DNA from: Geosiphon pyriformis uo1
Lineage: Eukaryota > Fungi > Glomeromycota
Length of the DNA: 64,000 nucleotides
Assembly: GCA_016748015.1 (NCBI GenBank)
Contig: JAAOMT010000523.1
Location: forward strand, 124,001-188,000
Direction: 5' to 3'
The stretch's first letter is position 1. Each line of letters begins with the position of its first letter. Positions 1 to 13,684 of this stretch are shown here, in pieces. The translations under genes and the position numbers were made by a program. The notes under the pieces are model-generated. The model searched no databases and was not told where the DNA came from. It worked only from the letters and a program-made list of their open reading frames with translations.

Positions 1-859
1 ACGTCGTGAAGGAAATTGTCGATGCCTGTCGAGCCAACGATGTTACTGATTTAATAATATTGCACGAGCATCGTGGGGAACCTGGTCAGTACTTAAGTTT
101 TCTCAAAAACATTTAGTTCTTGGTATTACAATATCCTTTATGTAGGCTTTTTAGGTTTTGAAGAAATTGGATTATTAATCTCTATTTTTGCATTCCTTAG
201 ATGGATTTGTAGTTTCTCATCTTCCTTACGGTCCCACTGCTTTTTTTTCTCTTCACAATGTCGTTTTACGACATGACATTAAAGACGAGGGAACCGTCTC
301 TGAAGCATTTCCTCACCTGATTTTCAACAATTTCAATTCAAACTTGGGAAAAAGGGTACCTCCCACTTTTTTAGTATCTCACCGCACAATCAGATTATCT
401 CATTTGTTTCCTTCTTTTTGAAAAGGTAATGAATATACTTAAATATCTATTTCCGGTGCCTAAGGAAGACAGCAAACGAGTCATAACATTCGCTAATGAT
501 AGCGACTATATTTCATTCAGGTATCTAATTTTTGCAATTATAAATCTCTGCGGTTTTTTAATGTATTTCAATATAAAGACTTTTATGTAAATATATGGAT
601 TTAAAGACATAATGTATTTGTGAAAATGAGCCATAAAGACGTTCAATTGGCGGAGGTTGGACCAAGATTCGAGATGAGAGGTATTTATCTCGGTTCTTTG
701 ACCTAAGATTACGTCAATTTCCCTAAAATCTGTTCTCAAATTATGTCTGACTTGATAGTGTATGAGATTAAATTGGGCACCGTTGATCTCAAAGACGCAG
801 ATGTTGAATGGGTCTTAAGGCCTTATCAACGAACGGCAAAAAAACGAGATCAACTGTGA
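1..859 (+). CDS. IMP4: U3 snoRNP protein Imp4 (Brix domain), 5'-truncated by the window; exons about <1-84, 201-355, 426-520, 607-680, 759-859
   Basis: Spliced translation [21 protein letters not shown]...FPHLIFNNF...[16 protein letters not shown]...[18 protein letters not shown]...[18 protein letters not shown]; GT-AG introns. Confidence 0.93.
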
Positions 860-977
860 TTTCCAGATCTGAATCTAACTAGGACAAGTAACAGAAACCC
901 GGGTTCAAATCTCGAATGCTATATAATCGAATTCGTGGCTAGCTACTTGAAAATAAGCCCTCATAATAGTTGTGCCA

Positions 978-2034
978 TCACATAGATGTTGGAACCAAGT
1001 TTCCATTATTATCGTAGCGTGCCTAACGGAGAGAAAAGTGGTTAATTTACTGTATTTTAGTACTGAAGGCAGAATAAAAGGTCGATTTTCCTATACCTTG
1101 AAAAATGTATATGATAATGTAACTGTCTCGACATCTCTCATCAAGGGATCGTTATCAATTTCCGGATCCAAAAAAAAGAACACAGGCATGTCTACTTGTT
1201 CCCCAGCTCGCAATTTTTGCTCTTCGAAACAGAAACATTGAATTTTATTAAAGTATTGTCCGACCTTCATCGGTGTAACATTGTAAGTGGCGATACCAAT
1301 AATATCTTGATCTGACAAGTTTTTTGCCGTATAAAACGCGAGAGCCGTCTCTCCCGGCAAAACATAAACTTCACGTTGTTGTGGCATAAATTTCCATTGT
1401 AGCGCGACTGAAGTATCAGCATTGAATGTAATTCTAATCCTACGAGAATTTGTCATTGGCACAAGACGATCAGGGCTGAATTTGCTGGTATCTGTGTTAG
1501 GTGTTCCTACAAATCCTGTGATTTGACAGAACATCCGATAAAGTGGAACAGCAGCATAGGTGAAGCCTAAACCAAAGACTAACAAAGCAACAGTGTACAG
1601 TAACAGGGAACGATTTTTGGCTTGATAATGACTCTGGAAAGTTGTCCTTCGATTTTGTCTCGACTGATTTAAGTGTCCAGAGGTATTAACTGTAGTCGTA
1701 GAACTTGAAAAGTGCCTTCTTGAGAACAAGGCAACATTAAAAACTTTTGAAAAAGATCGAAAGGGTATTAAGATTAAAAGATTTGGTGATAGTTCCGATG
1801 AGTGATGAAGCCGAGAAACCACAGAATTATAAAATCTCGATCGTCGAAAACTCTCCTGCATAAAAGGACTAGTAAGTCAAAAAAATTAAAATGTAACTTT
1901 GATAAACAATAGTCCAATTTTACCTGTTTTAAAGAGCGATTTTTTGGTAAAAGAAAGGAAACTGGTGAGACTCGAAATATTATTGCGTGCCGATGCCAGA
2001 ATCTTTGGATTATAACGAAAGAATTCATTGACAT
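978..2034 (-). CDS. COX11: Cytochrome c oxidase copper chaperone Cox11; exons 2034-1924, 1855-1097, 1022-978
   Basis: YAAVPLYRMFCQITG, YFNKIQCFCFEEQ motif; Arg/Ser-rich presequence-like N-terminus; in-frame GT-AG introns; C-terminus FFK|ARYDNNGNLVPTSM*. Confidence 0.95.
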
Positions 2035-2210
2035 TAATATCTTGACTCAATTAATAATTAAATAGGCCAACTAAAAATTATCAGCATAGTAAGTTAGCAT
2101 AAATAATAAAAATAGATAAATCTCTTATGTGACTATATAATTAATTATATTTAATTGATTTTTATTAAGTCTAGTACTATTTTAATTGAATAAATATTAT
2201 AAATTTAAAA

Positions 2211-5200
2211 TTTTTTTTTTTTTTTTTTATACATTTAACGAGTGAGGTCCAAACACTGCCTAGTATCATACATCAAAAATTGATCTAAACTAGATGTGAA
2301 TCATGCATTTTTCACACGTAACCAATCACTTAAGCCAATCAGAACAACACTAAGCACCTAAATAAACCAAGACAGGGTCCCCAATACCTGAAAAAAATAA
2401 ATAAGATTTATGAAAACCAAAACCAATACCAAATGCTTTAACAATACTTAGCAATTTAACCACACTAGCAAAAAGCATTGAAGACAGTCCAGAAACTGAA
2501 ACTAAAACCAAACCATCAACTGGTATCAGTCTATTTCTTTCTATGAAAGCATAATATTTAGTATGAACCAACTAAATCTTATCTCTAAAAATGAAACTGA
2601 AGTCACACACAAAGTTTACAATCTTCTAAACTGCTATTTTAGAACCACCAAAGACAGATACAGCCTCTTAAAGCCAATTTTTGAAGACAAAGCTCTTACA
2701 AAAAGCTGTATATACTATAACATCTATAATACAGGAAAACAGAAATTAAGACACACATAAGAAAGAAAGAGAAAAACCAGAAAGCACACCCCAAACAGCT
2801 ATATGGACATTCAATAATTGATGGCAAACAGAATTATTAACCACACAAAAAAAAGCATAGTTTAAGACCTTAATATTGCCACAATACAAACACAACACAC
2901 TGGAATAACACTTGTTATATAGATGCTTCTAAACACCAACAGGTAGCTGATAATACAAGATCTTCATAAAATATATGCAAACATTAACAGTAGGTTTACT
3001 AGTAAAACCAGCAGCCATGTGTAAATTAGGATGCTATATTAAAAATAAGCTAAGCCAATTAATGTCTGAGAGCAGATTATCATTCAAAACTTTAGAACCA
3101 GAACCAACTTCTTAATATATATGATAAACAGTTCAAAAGATCCCACAAACAAAATATTTAAAATTATCAGAGATGACACCACTCTTAATCAAAATACAAT
3201 GTTCTTCCAAGCAGGAAGGAAAGTACCAAAGAGAAAGAGAAACAGCATTGACAAATGCATCAACATATTTATTACTTAAAACTCCTGAATGACCTTTTAC
3301 TTTGTGCCAGCTAACATTTAAATTTTTCTTTTTAATGACATTCATAATGTGTTGACATTCAACCCAACACCAATTCTGAAAATCTGAATACACTAGATTC
3401 AATTCTGACTTATACACATCCAAGGCAGCTTAACTGTTTGTAAAAAAGTAAACCAAATTAAGAAAGAAAACACACTCAAGAGCCAGAACAATAGTCTATA
3501 ACTCTGCCAAAGTAGAAGACATCAGACCAAAAACTCTGACTCTTAAATCTAAGCCTAAATTTTTAAAAAAAACTGCAGTACCAGCTCTTATGTTAGCACT
3601 TCTTAAGTCTTTTAGAAATTTATTCATAAAGACTGTAAGCCACAACATCCAACAACTGATTACAAACAAACCCAAATTCATAAGACTTTAAAACATTTAA
3701 AAGCTTAAAAGCATCTAAAGAAAAAAAACAAACAGAAAAAAAAGCTATACTACTCAGAAATTCAATAGAAAGCTTAAACTAATTAAGAACAAAACCACAC
3801 AGGTCCAACCTCTTTCAATATTTAAAGATCTTCCAATTGAAAATAGTACTATTACAATCATAAAGCTGTTTCACAAAAGCAATGCTATATCACCAAAGCA
3901 AAGAGAGAAACCTAAAGAAATTGGACTTGTTAAGCACCTTTAACATGAAAGTATCACCCCAAAAATGGAAAGCATTGTTTATTGAACCACCCAAAGACAA
4001 ATTGTATTCATGAAAAACATGAATCACATCTGCCAAGAAGTTATTAGACAGACTAATCTTGATGTAAGCTGGAGAACTCAAAGGATACACCAGATACCAG
4101 CACAAAGTTTGCAAGTCATGAGACTTGTAAGAAAACAATTAATCCAATATCTTATTAGAGTTCACAAAACAAACAATAAAAGCCAACTTGCTCTTAGTCT
4201 AAACTTGTTCAAAAGTCTTAAGACCATACAAAAAAGGATGATAGAATGCTTTATTAGGGAAATTAAGAAACAGACCAGTCTTCAATTTTAGGCTCTTACA
4301 AATCAAAGCATTCTTGCATATACTAATAGGCATAAAGCTGATGTTTGATAATTAACAATAGAATAAAAAACTGCTGATATCAAATAAAAAAACTGTTTAT
4401 TTGAAATGGCCTTTTTTAGAACAAGGTTGAAAAAAAACCAGACATTTGAATGCATTTTGGCCAAGTTGGGCTTTGATAATTCCTCAGTAGACAGAAAAAT
4501 ACCCAGATAATAATAAAAATTTTTCTTTTTGGCAATGAAGATAAGCAAATCACTAATTGATAATAAAGAGCTTCTGATTTTCCAATTAATAGAAATAGCC
4601 ACAGTCTTATTATTATTTATAGAAATGTCATTAATATGAAAAAAATTACTGCAATATTAAGAATGTATTAAGTAGCAATTTGACTGCTATTAACCCAAAT
4701 AATATTATCAACAAAAACACCAATAGTGAGAAAAAATGTCAATCCAGCTTGGAATTCTATATAACCAGTTTTAGCAATAAAATAAGAGTTCAACTTATAC
4801 TCACACATATTTTCTTGTTTCTTAACTTTACATAAAAGAGGATTATAAAATATGTACCAGAGAAGAAATAAAAACATTTTCTTCTAATCCAGACTATTAT
4901 GCACTCAATATCTATCTGTTAATTCAAAATCAGTCATAATTCAATTAACATGATTATTGTAAATGCCATTGAAAAATCTAATAAACCTGTTACATATTTT
5001 TATCTTGATCAAGCTTTTTCTAAAATGCTCTCATTGTTACGGGATGGTTTTCTTGTTATATTTAATTGCTGATATCCCGCTTTAATTGCAATCAGTTTTT
5101 CGTGAGTTCCTCAATTCTATTTGTGTGATAATGTTACTGTTACACTGAAGGCTTTCTTTTTACTGTTGTGATGTAAGTTATTCTTTAATTCTTGATTGTT

Positions 5201-6813
5201 GTGTGTGTTTATGTACTTCTTCTCAAAGGCTGAACTGAAATCTACCCACTGTCTGGGGTCTTTTCTGAGGCTATCCTTGCAATTGCCTGATGTGTTTCTC
5301 TAATCTAGAAACACAGAATGTTAATGATCTTTAGCGCTTTTCTAATTCTCACAATAAAGCTTTTATCAATTAGTAACAACATGAATAATCTTGATCAAGG
5401 ATTATTCTTCCAAGGGATTCAGTTGATGAATGATAGTTTCATTCAATAAATAATACAAGTAAGTTTCTTAATACTTTGGATTGTGATAGTTCCATTTTAA
5501 ATATTTTTTTTCATTTCTTTTTGATTTTTAAAGGTTTCTTGGGATATTTAATTTGAAAGTATGATTTAAAGTGGAGTTTGTTGAATAAAATTGGATCTGT
5601 TGCTTGATAAGTTATGATTTTTATTACTTGATTGATTATTTCCCAATATTAAAACTACTGTATATATACATGTTTGTAGTTCTACAAGAAAATACTTTCT
5701 TTTTGATATTTCAACCTGGTGTTTGCTGCTATCACCAGTTGGTGTTGGCTGCTATTGTGAACTGGTGCTTGCCACTATCGCGAGATGGTGTTTGCTACTA
5801 TGTTAATCATTACCTTTCTAAGATTATTACTGTGCTATATTATGATTGAATAGTTTGTATTATTTTTATGATTCTTTTTGCTAAATTCTTAAACCATAAT
5901 ATCATCTAACAGAATCATAGACTTTGCGCATATTTTACAAGACCAGTTAGAGTTTGTGGTTCTTTTTCAAAACATTCTTAATAACTGAATCAATAACAAA
6001 AATAGAAGACTGCATCATTATATTTTTTAAAACTGAGAAATTATTCCTTCATAGAACATTATAAGCACTGTACATAGAAGAGATTCTATTTAAGAGAATT
6101 TTGGACAAAATCTTACAGATAGTCTCAATCAAAGCAATAAGTTAAGTATTCATAAAAACTTCTTCCTACTTATATGACTTGGAAATCATTAAGATCCAGG
6201 CTTCTTTTTAAGTATTAGACACCAATTTATGAAACAAACAAGAATTTAAAAGCATCAAAAGCATATTCAAAACTGACTTGTTATAATACTTTCAAAGCTC
6301 ATTTAAGACCCCAAAAAAACCAGCAGCTTTGCTATCAGACAGATTAAAAACCACATTGAGCAATTCATCAAAACTAATTAAAATCATTATATTTAAAAAA
6401 GCATTATCAAAAATGTATTCTAAAAGCTGATATTGATGAGACCAATTATCAGAAAAATCCATCATAACTTTACACTTTCTAGTCTAGTCCTTCATAATCA
6501 CATTCATTTTGGTCTTAACAAAGTTGGATTCCAGAATCAGCTCATTTTCAATGACCAGATGGTCCAAAACCATCTTCCGAAAAGAATGCTTCAGCATGTT
6601 CCTGATTATGTAACTCTTATTGACTGCAAAATTTTTTATTTGTTTATTAATAGTTGACCTAATTTTTGACTTCTCAGCTTATAAAGATTTAGCAAGCTTA
6701 AAGGTGTAATATGATTTTCTAATACTGAAAAGAACCAAATATACACAATCAAAATCTGTACCAAAATCTAACAGAGTCTGAACAAACAAAGCCTTATCTT
6801 TGTTCAAAGACAC
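2211..6813 (-). mobile_element. Decayed non-LTR retrotransposon (LINE), ORF2 3' part with RT and RNase H, ending in poly(A)
   Basis: Poly-T 2211-2228 (poly-A tail on minus strand); RNase H-like VSWHKVKGHSG (3133-3423); RT motifs (degenerate QDMRKAYDSV near 5910-5940, VFVDNIIW, YLGIFLS); many stops. Confidence 0.88.
5035..5901. mobile_element. Solo LTR inserted in the LINE RT, 4-bp TSD TCAT
   Basis: Starts TGTTAC, ends CATAATA (eroded GTAACA); TCAT at 5031-5034 and 5902-5905; LINE reading frame (YDSV..|EH) resumes across it. Confidence 0.75.
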
Positions 6814-7671
6814 TGTTACTCATAGAAAATAGGAATTATAGTAGTATATATTAGCCAATCAGAAATAGACATAATAAAATAGAAAATTCCAGGATTCCTC
6901 TCAGAGGAATTATAGGATTTTGAAAATTACAAGATTCTCATATAAGGAATTGCAAGATTCTAGAATTCCAGGATTTCTTTCGAGAAATTGCAGAATTTCA
7001 GAAATTTCAGGATTCCTGGCAAGAAGAATAGAAAAATTGAGGAATCTCAAATATGTATATATAGCAATAGCATTAGAAGCAAAAAAAACAGACCTCTTAG
7101 TTTAGATTTTATCTAAACAACCTTTTAATTCACAAATATCAATAAATAATTATTTGTTATCTCAATCTACTCTTCACTATCAACATTTTATGTTGATAGT
7201 AACTGATACTTAACTATACTAGAACAATAATTCTTAATCACAGCTATTAACAAAATACTAACATTCATTGTTTTGGCTTATTTCTTTCTTTTTTTTTCTT
7301 TTATTTTGTTATTTCTTGTTGTTAACTAATTAATTAAAGATTAAAGCACTGAGTTATTGACGTCAAAGATTGTTTGGTAAAAGACCTCTGCAAATAGGTA
7401 AAACATGTAAAAAATATGGATTGCTTATTAAAAAATTGCCAGCCACCAAGCCAAGAAAAAAATTGACAAAATTGTGATTCCAGAAGACTACTAAAAACAA
7501 CTATTGAATCTCTGTCCATTATACAAAAAACTCAATCTAAATCTTCAATCAATCTAAAACTTTCAAATACAAACAACTTTCAGATATTACCAACATCAAT
7601 TGTATTAGTTATTAAGCCCCAAGTTACAGGTTTGTTATTTAATTCGAGATCCCAAATAATCACCTATAACA
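6814..7671 (+). mobile_element. Solo Gypsy LTR (same family as 54483-55348), flanks not duplicated
   Basis: TGTTAC...TATAACA ends; GGAATTCC-type U3 repeats, TATA box, hairpin and U5 collinear with the LTR at 54483. Confidence 0.9.
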
Positions 7672-10600
7672 GCAAAAGTGTTATAGAGTCCAAAAAACAT
7701 CATATTAAACTCAAAGTTTTTATTTTGGGTGGTAAACACCATTTTTTTTTTGTTTTTGGGATTTATTTCAACCTGCCAATATCTATTGGCTAGATCTAAT
7801 GATGAAAACCATTTTTTGTTTTCTAAATTGTTCAAAATTTCTTGAATGAGAGGTGTGGAGTAGCTATTTCCTCAGATGATATTGTTTAGCTTTCAGTAGT
7901 CTACACAGAATCTTATTTTTCCGTTTTTCTTGGTAATCAAGACTACTGGAGAGGACCAAAGGCTTAGTAATTCTTTAATCAAGCCATTGTCGAGCATTCA
8001 TTGTACTTTTTGCTTAATTAGATTGTCACCAGATAAGAGCACTTGGTAAGTCTACTATTTAATAAGTTATGCATCTCTCATATTAATCTGATGTTTTACA
8101 ATATCAGTACATCTAAACTTATTTTTACTGGTAAAGACATTGGCATATTAATTCAAGTTGCATTTGCTAGAGAATATTTAAGTTTTCTAAGTGTAGTTTG
8201 TCAATTTCTTTTGGTGTGAACAAATAACTTTTTTTTGGCAAGTTCTATACTTGTAAGGTAATATCACAAAATAAGAATAGCTGTGCAAAATTTGGAATGA
8301 GCTGGGGTTTTTTGGGATGTTAAATGTCTGGTGAGATGGAACCAATGAGAGTCTCTTTGGGGATTTCAATAACATCTTCTGTGAAGTTGTAGATGGAAAT
8401 TTTGAAGTGTTTATGGGCTTTGGTTGATAGGTATAGATTAGCAATATTGGCTAAAAAACAGATTTTAGAATTGGCTTCAAATAACAGAGCTTGATCTTGG
8501 ATTTTTTAATTCACCTTAAGAATATATTGTCAGTATGAGGGGATAAAAATAATTGTGTTGATGTAGATAAGTTTTATCTGGTCACTGTTTTTCTCTGTGA
8601 AGTTGACTAATACGTTTTCTCTTCTACTTAATCTAAACCCATTAATTCCTTGGACAGTGAGACCTAATTCTTCTTGGGTTGTTACCAAAGTTAATTGGAG
8701 TATTTTGATTAGGGATAAGAAGATAGCTTGGACAATTTTTTCTTGTGATTCTATTTTGTAGAGTTTGTCTGAATTGTTCTGTAGCATTATGATAATGTTT
8801 CCTGTATAATTAACATTGATAATTTCTTTTTTTATATTGATTCTTTTTTTGGCCAGACTGGATCAAAAGGCAACTTGTATCATTGTACTAACAGAAATTT
8901 TTAATGCTATCTTAAGATCTATTTTTATAAGAGAATATAGGGCTATAACTATAAGTGATTGTCTGAGATATCATAGATTAAAACCAGCATTAGTGTTATA
9001 TGCTCTTTCAAGACAGATTCTTTTTTCATTGTCACTATACCATTTTAATTCTAATTCTTTGAAGAAGTCAGAATACATAAGATACTGCTCTGTTTTAGTA
9101 TTCTTAGTTGGATCTTGAAATAACATGTCTTTGGTGATTAATTTCTCTTCTACTTCAGGCTCAGGTAGTTCAATAATTGGATATAGTTTTCTTGGAGGCA
9201 GGTTGAACATAAGATCACATTTGTTGCAGTACTGAAAGTGACAAGGGATTAAACAATGATTGCACAGTTTTATGTTTAAGTCAACTAGTTACTGTTTTTG
9301 CTCTTCTTAAGTCAAAATCAATTCCTGGTATTGATCTTAAAATGCATTTGGGTTATCTGTGAAAAAATTTTCTGTAATGTAGTCAGATTTATTGTATTCT
9401 GGTGTAAACAAATTTTCTTTGATTTCTCGTATTTCACCAAGTGTGGCATCTTCGGCTTTGGCATTCACTATTCTTTATATTTTATGTTCATTGTGCAGAT
9501 AACCATCCAATCTACTGAGTGCTTGTTTTCAGGTGTTTTCGATCGGAATTCCTTTTTGTACCCAATTATTAATCAAGATAATGTATTAATATGCTTCATC
9601 ATATGTTTCTCCTCTATCAGGAATATTGTTCCATAGTCCTTCATCTGGTAGGATGTTACTATAGGCAAGACATGATGTATTGTCCTATTTATCTTGTTAT
9701 TTTGGTTTGTCAAATCTTTTTAATACACAAGGTTTGCAATAATGTTTGGTAATAGTTGGTCATTTTTTATTATCTTTAATACATATACCCATAGAAGATA
9801 ATTTTTTCTCATAGTTAACACAAATTAATTTTGGGATTTAATACTATTGACTTTTTTGACTTAAAGTGAGATAGTTTGCAGGTGTCAATTGTAGTTCTTC
9901 TTCTGCTTTTTCTTTGTTTTTTTTTTCCCAAGTTGGTGGTAGAGGTAATTCTGCTCAATAATTGTCAGCCCAAAAAATTTGATAGGCCTTTATTGTTGAT
10001 AGTGGTATTAAGTCTTTAAATTTAATCAGTGGTTTTTCTGGGCTTTGAGCTTTGAAGTGTCCACATATAGCTGGAACTCATGCATGTTGTCTGTTAAAAA
10101 TAATCTGTAGTTCTTGTGTATTTCAGTTAATGGTGGTATTAACTTTGGCTAACCAATTGTTTTCTATAAAGACTTAATATTGGGTGGTTTCTATAACAAG
10201 CACTTTGTTGAAAATTTGAATTCCATTGATTTTAAAGAAGAAGTTGTTAATTTTTTCTATCAAGATTTTAGTATTTTTGTTTGTGGTTATGATTTGGGCA
10301 ATAGCTGTATGGTCTATTTATCAACCTAGTTGATCCATGAGTTGCTTTGTAATTATACTACCTGCTGATCTACTATTGAGAATTAATTTAATGTCCATGT
10401 TTTTAACTTTAACATTAGTATACAGAACAGTTATTGGTTTATTCTGATTAATGGTAACTCTACTGAAAAGGCTATTGGTGTTTAGATTATTAATGTCAAA
10501 GGAGAAGATGGTAGCAAGAGTGGTGTCTTTAATAATAGTGGTAGGTAAAATGGTATTGTTGGTTTGATTTTGACTCAAAAAATTGGGCATTTTTCTTACA

Positions 10601-13600
10601 TCCTTTCTTTCTAATAATATAGAGCTAAAAAAATCCTGGTTTTCAATAAAACCAAGATACAAAACTTGATTTGGATATCTATTTGATGCTGGTCAAGATG
10701 GAACATTATCCCAATTAAGAAGTCATAATAATCTACTGTTAGTCTGCATCTAATTATTACTAGGGTTTTTCTATCTTTGGTTATAGTCAATCATACAAAG
10801 TCTCGGTAGATTATAGATGAAGTTTTAGTACTGTAGTGCTACTTGAGTTATTGACTGCAATAACTAATAGTAGTTCTAAGATGGTTGTTGAGTATATGTA
10901 ATTGGTTGTGCATATTGGAGTAATAGATACTGAGACACAAAGTATTGGAGTCCTATTGCTTAGAGATACTTTGAGTATTGGTATTAAGTTTTTCAATTCT
11001 GGTCTGCTAATTTTTGTTGGCAATCCTGGACAATAATAACAATTGTGGAAGTTGGAGCTCCAAAATTGTTGTTGTTGTTAATGTTTCTGTTGTTGGTAGT
11101 ACCTACTGTTGTTATTATTTCTTCATTGAGATGGCTAATAAGTTTCTGTGGTACTGGTTAAAAATTCCTCAATTTTCTGAGTTAATTTCTTACTTAATTG
11201 GGTTATTTTTACATCAATGTTCATGGTTTTATTGATGGCTAAATTAACAGCTTGGGTGTAGTTGGCTTTTTGTTCTGCTGATTCAAAATTGCAAGCAAGG
11301 GCAATGGCATCTAGTAGATTTGTCAGATGTTAGAGTTTCATGAATCTTAGGAGACTGTTCCTTAGTCTCTTGATGAATTGATTAAAAACTTGTACTGTAA
11401 TGTAGTAGTTCCTTTCAATTGTCAGTATTTGACAAAAAACTTGGTTGAATCATCCAAGATAAGTAGTCATTGCTTTGTGGTTTTTTTGTTTTATTATGCT
11501 AAATTGATTTTGTAATCTGATAAGAGTATTGGGATTGCAAAAGTATTGTAGAAAAGCAAATTTAAAGATGGTGAAGTCGGTTGGTTTCTTTGTTAGACTT
11601 TAATATCATGAATCTGCAATCTCAGTTAAAAAAATAGCAGTACTTGAATAGCTCTGTCATCATTCCAGTTGTTGGTGTTAATTGCTTTTTTGGCTTCTGC
11701 AATCTACAAGTATGCATTGTTTTCTTTCTCCAAAAATTTTTCTAATTTGACAATACCTTAATAGGCCATAATCTAATGAATAGGTGAAGTTTTATTGGTT
11801 AATACTAAATAATTTGGGATTTGTGTGCTAGGGAGTTCTTCTGGTGTTAATTCTGGTTGTTTTTTTTTGTTAATTTTCCCAATGGGCTGAAGAATAGCTG
11901 TTTCTTTAAAGGGAGTAGTTGATAATTCAGTCAAGAGTTGGATTAATGGTAGTTCTTACATTGATATATTTTCATCTGTTTTATTGATTGTTAGGGTAAG
12001 GTTCCTGAATAATGATTCATATTTTCTTAAAGATCTAGTCCAATTGTAGTGACCCTATAGGTGTTGATTTTTGGGAGTTCATGATGTTTCTGCTTGGGTT
12101 TTCATGGTTGGGTTAAATACAATTCTACTTTTTAGTGTCTGATAATATAATGAAGTTGTTGGGGAAAGAAACCTTGGTTTCTTGTTGATTGTTAAGTAAG
12201 TTTGTTCTTATGTGACTGTTATGCTATTGGGTTCAGACTTATATTTTTCAGGATTAAGCCTTGCTGATTGTTTTACTTAAGGGTAGCATTTTTCTACATA
12301 GTACTCAATATTTTTATTAAGTATATAAAAAGTTTTGGCTATGGTTTGAATAGTGGTATTTATTGAGTGGACTAATAATTTTTGATGAATTTGTTTTTCA
12401 AGTTTCTTAGTGTTTGTTATTTGACCTAGAAAGCAGTCGATTTTTGCATGCAAATAGTCACAAAATTGGTTTTTTGTGATAATGGTTTCTGTGGATATTC
12501 TTAAGTCTTCCTAAAAGTGTTGAAATAATGATTTTTTATATAGAATGTGATTTTTTCCTATTGTTCTAATAGTTACCACTTTTGTGAATCTTTGGGATAC
12601 TTTGTTTCTGTGGATTTTATAATCTTACAAAAAACACCAAATGTTATAAGTAAACTTGGTAGGATAGAAAAATAGTAATGTTTGGTGCTTTCAATTATCA
12701 GTAATCCATGTTTTGTGTAATTCTGTTGACTTAGTCTTGATTATCAGTTTCTGAAAGTCTTTTCTACTGGTTGTGAATTTACCTGTTAAGTTTTTTGGTT
12801 ATAAGACACAGAGATTTGGCTTTTACTGATTACAACTTTTTATAAATGTAAGTTATTTTCTCCAAGCTAATAAGTACAGTTATTAGGGTTTAATGTTGTC
12901 TTTTCATCTTTCTGGTAAGCTAACAAGATAATGTTAATATCCAAAACTTAGAAAGAGCTTCTCTTTTTTACTAGGCTATCACAAAATCTATTTTTAAACA
13001 GTCAATTTTACTATATTGTTGCTTTATAAGAGAAAATAAAGAAAAAAATAAAAATAAAATAAAATAAAATAAAATAAAAATAAAAGAAAATAAATTAGTA
13101 TCATCAATCACTATAATCAAAAGCAACTGGTCCAAATTATTAATAGTTTGAGGCAGTTATACTAAGAGCATTTGTCCTGAAACAAAGATACAAAACAATG
13201 ATTAATTCATGTAAGTTTTACAAAGTTTGAAAACATGAATTCGTGATTCTAATTTCTTAATAATTAATTTATTTCAGAAAATGAATATGGAATAAAATAA
13301 ATAATAAAAGGGGTAAGGATATTTGATTTTTGTTTAGTGGTTTATATCTAAGTGTTTGTCTTTTTTTTATCTTTCTCAATTACTTATTTTTATATATTTT
13401 TTTGGTTTTACAGAATTGCTTTCTAATTGTTTTATTATTGCTAACTATTGCTTTGCTATTTTTGTAATTGCTTTGTTTTTCTACATTATTACTAGTTATT
13501 CTATATTATATATTATCTGGTGTTATTACATGTTATTCTGTGTTATTCCACATTATAATGTATTATCCTGTGTTATCCTAAGTTATAACATGTTATCCAA

Positions 13601-13684
13601 TGTTATTGCATGCTATTCTGTGTTATGTCACATTTTGGTTATGTTTCTTCATAACTTTGGATCAGTTTTTCTACTTGGGTAACA
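7672..13684 (-). mobile_element. Truncated decayed Ty3/Gypsy element: 5' LTR 13684-12642, PBS, gag, protease, Cys-rich domain, dUTPase, RT N-terminal half
   Basis: LTR TGTTAC...TATAACA followed by eroded PBS TTTGGTGTTTTTTGTAAG; protease-like LILNSRSAGSII (10321-10662); dUTPase AGFNL and QGINGF; RT WFSSLDLANRYWQV. Confidence 0.9.

Noticed and set aside
13356-13682. Hydrophobic 108-aa ORF resembling a membrane or env protein
   Set aside because: Lies within LTR U3 repeats; T-rich artefact.
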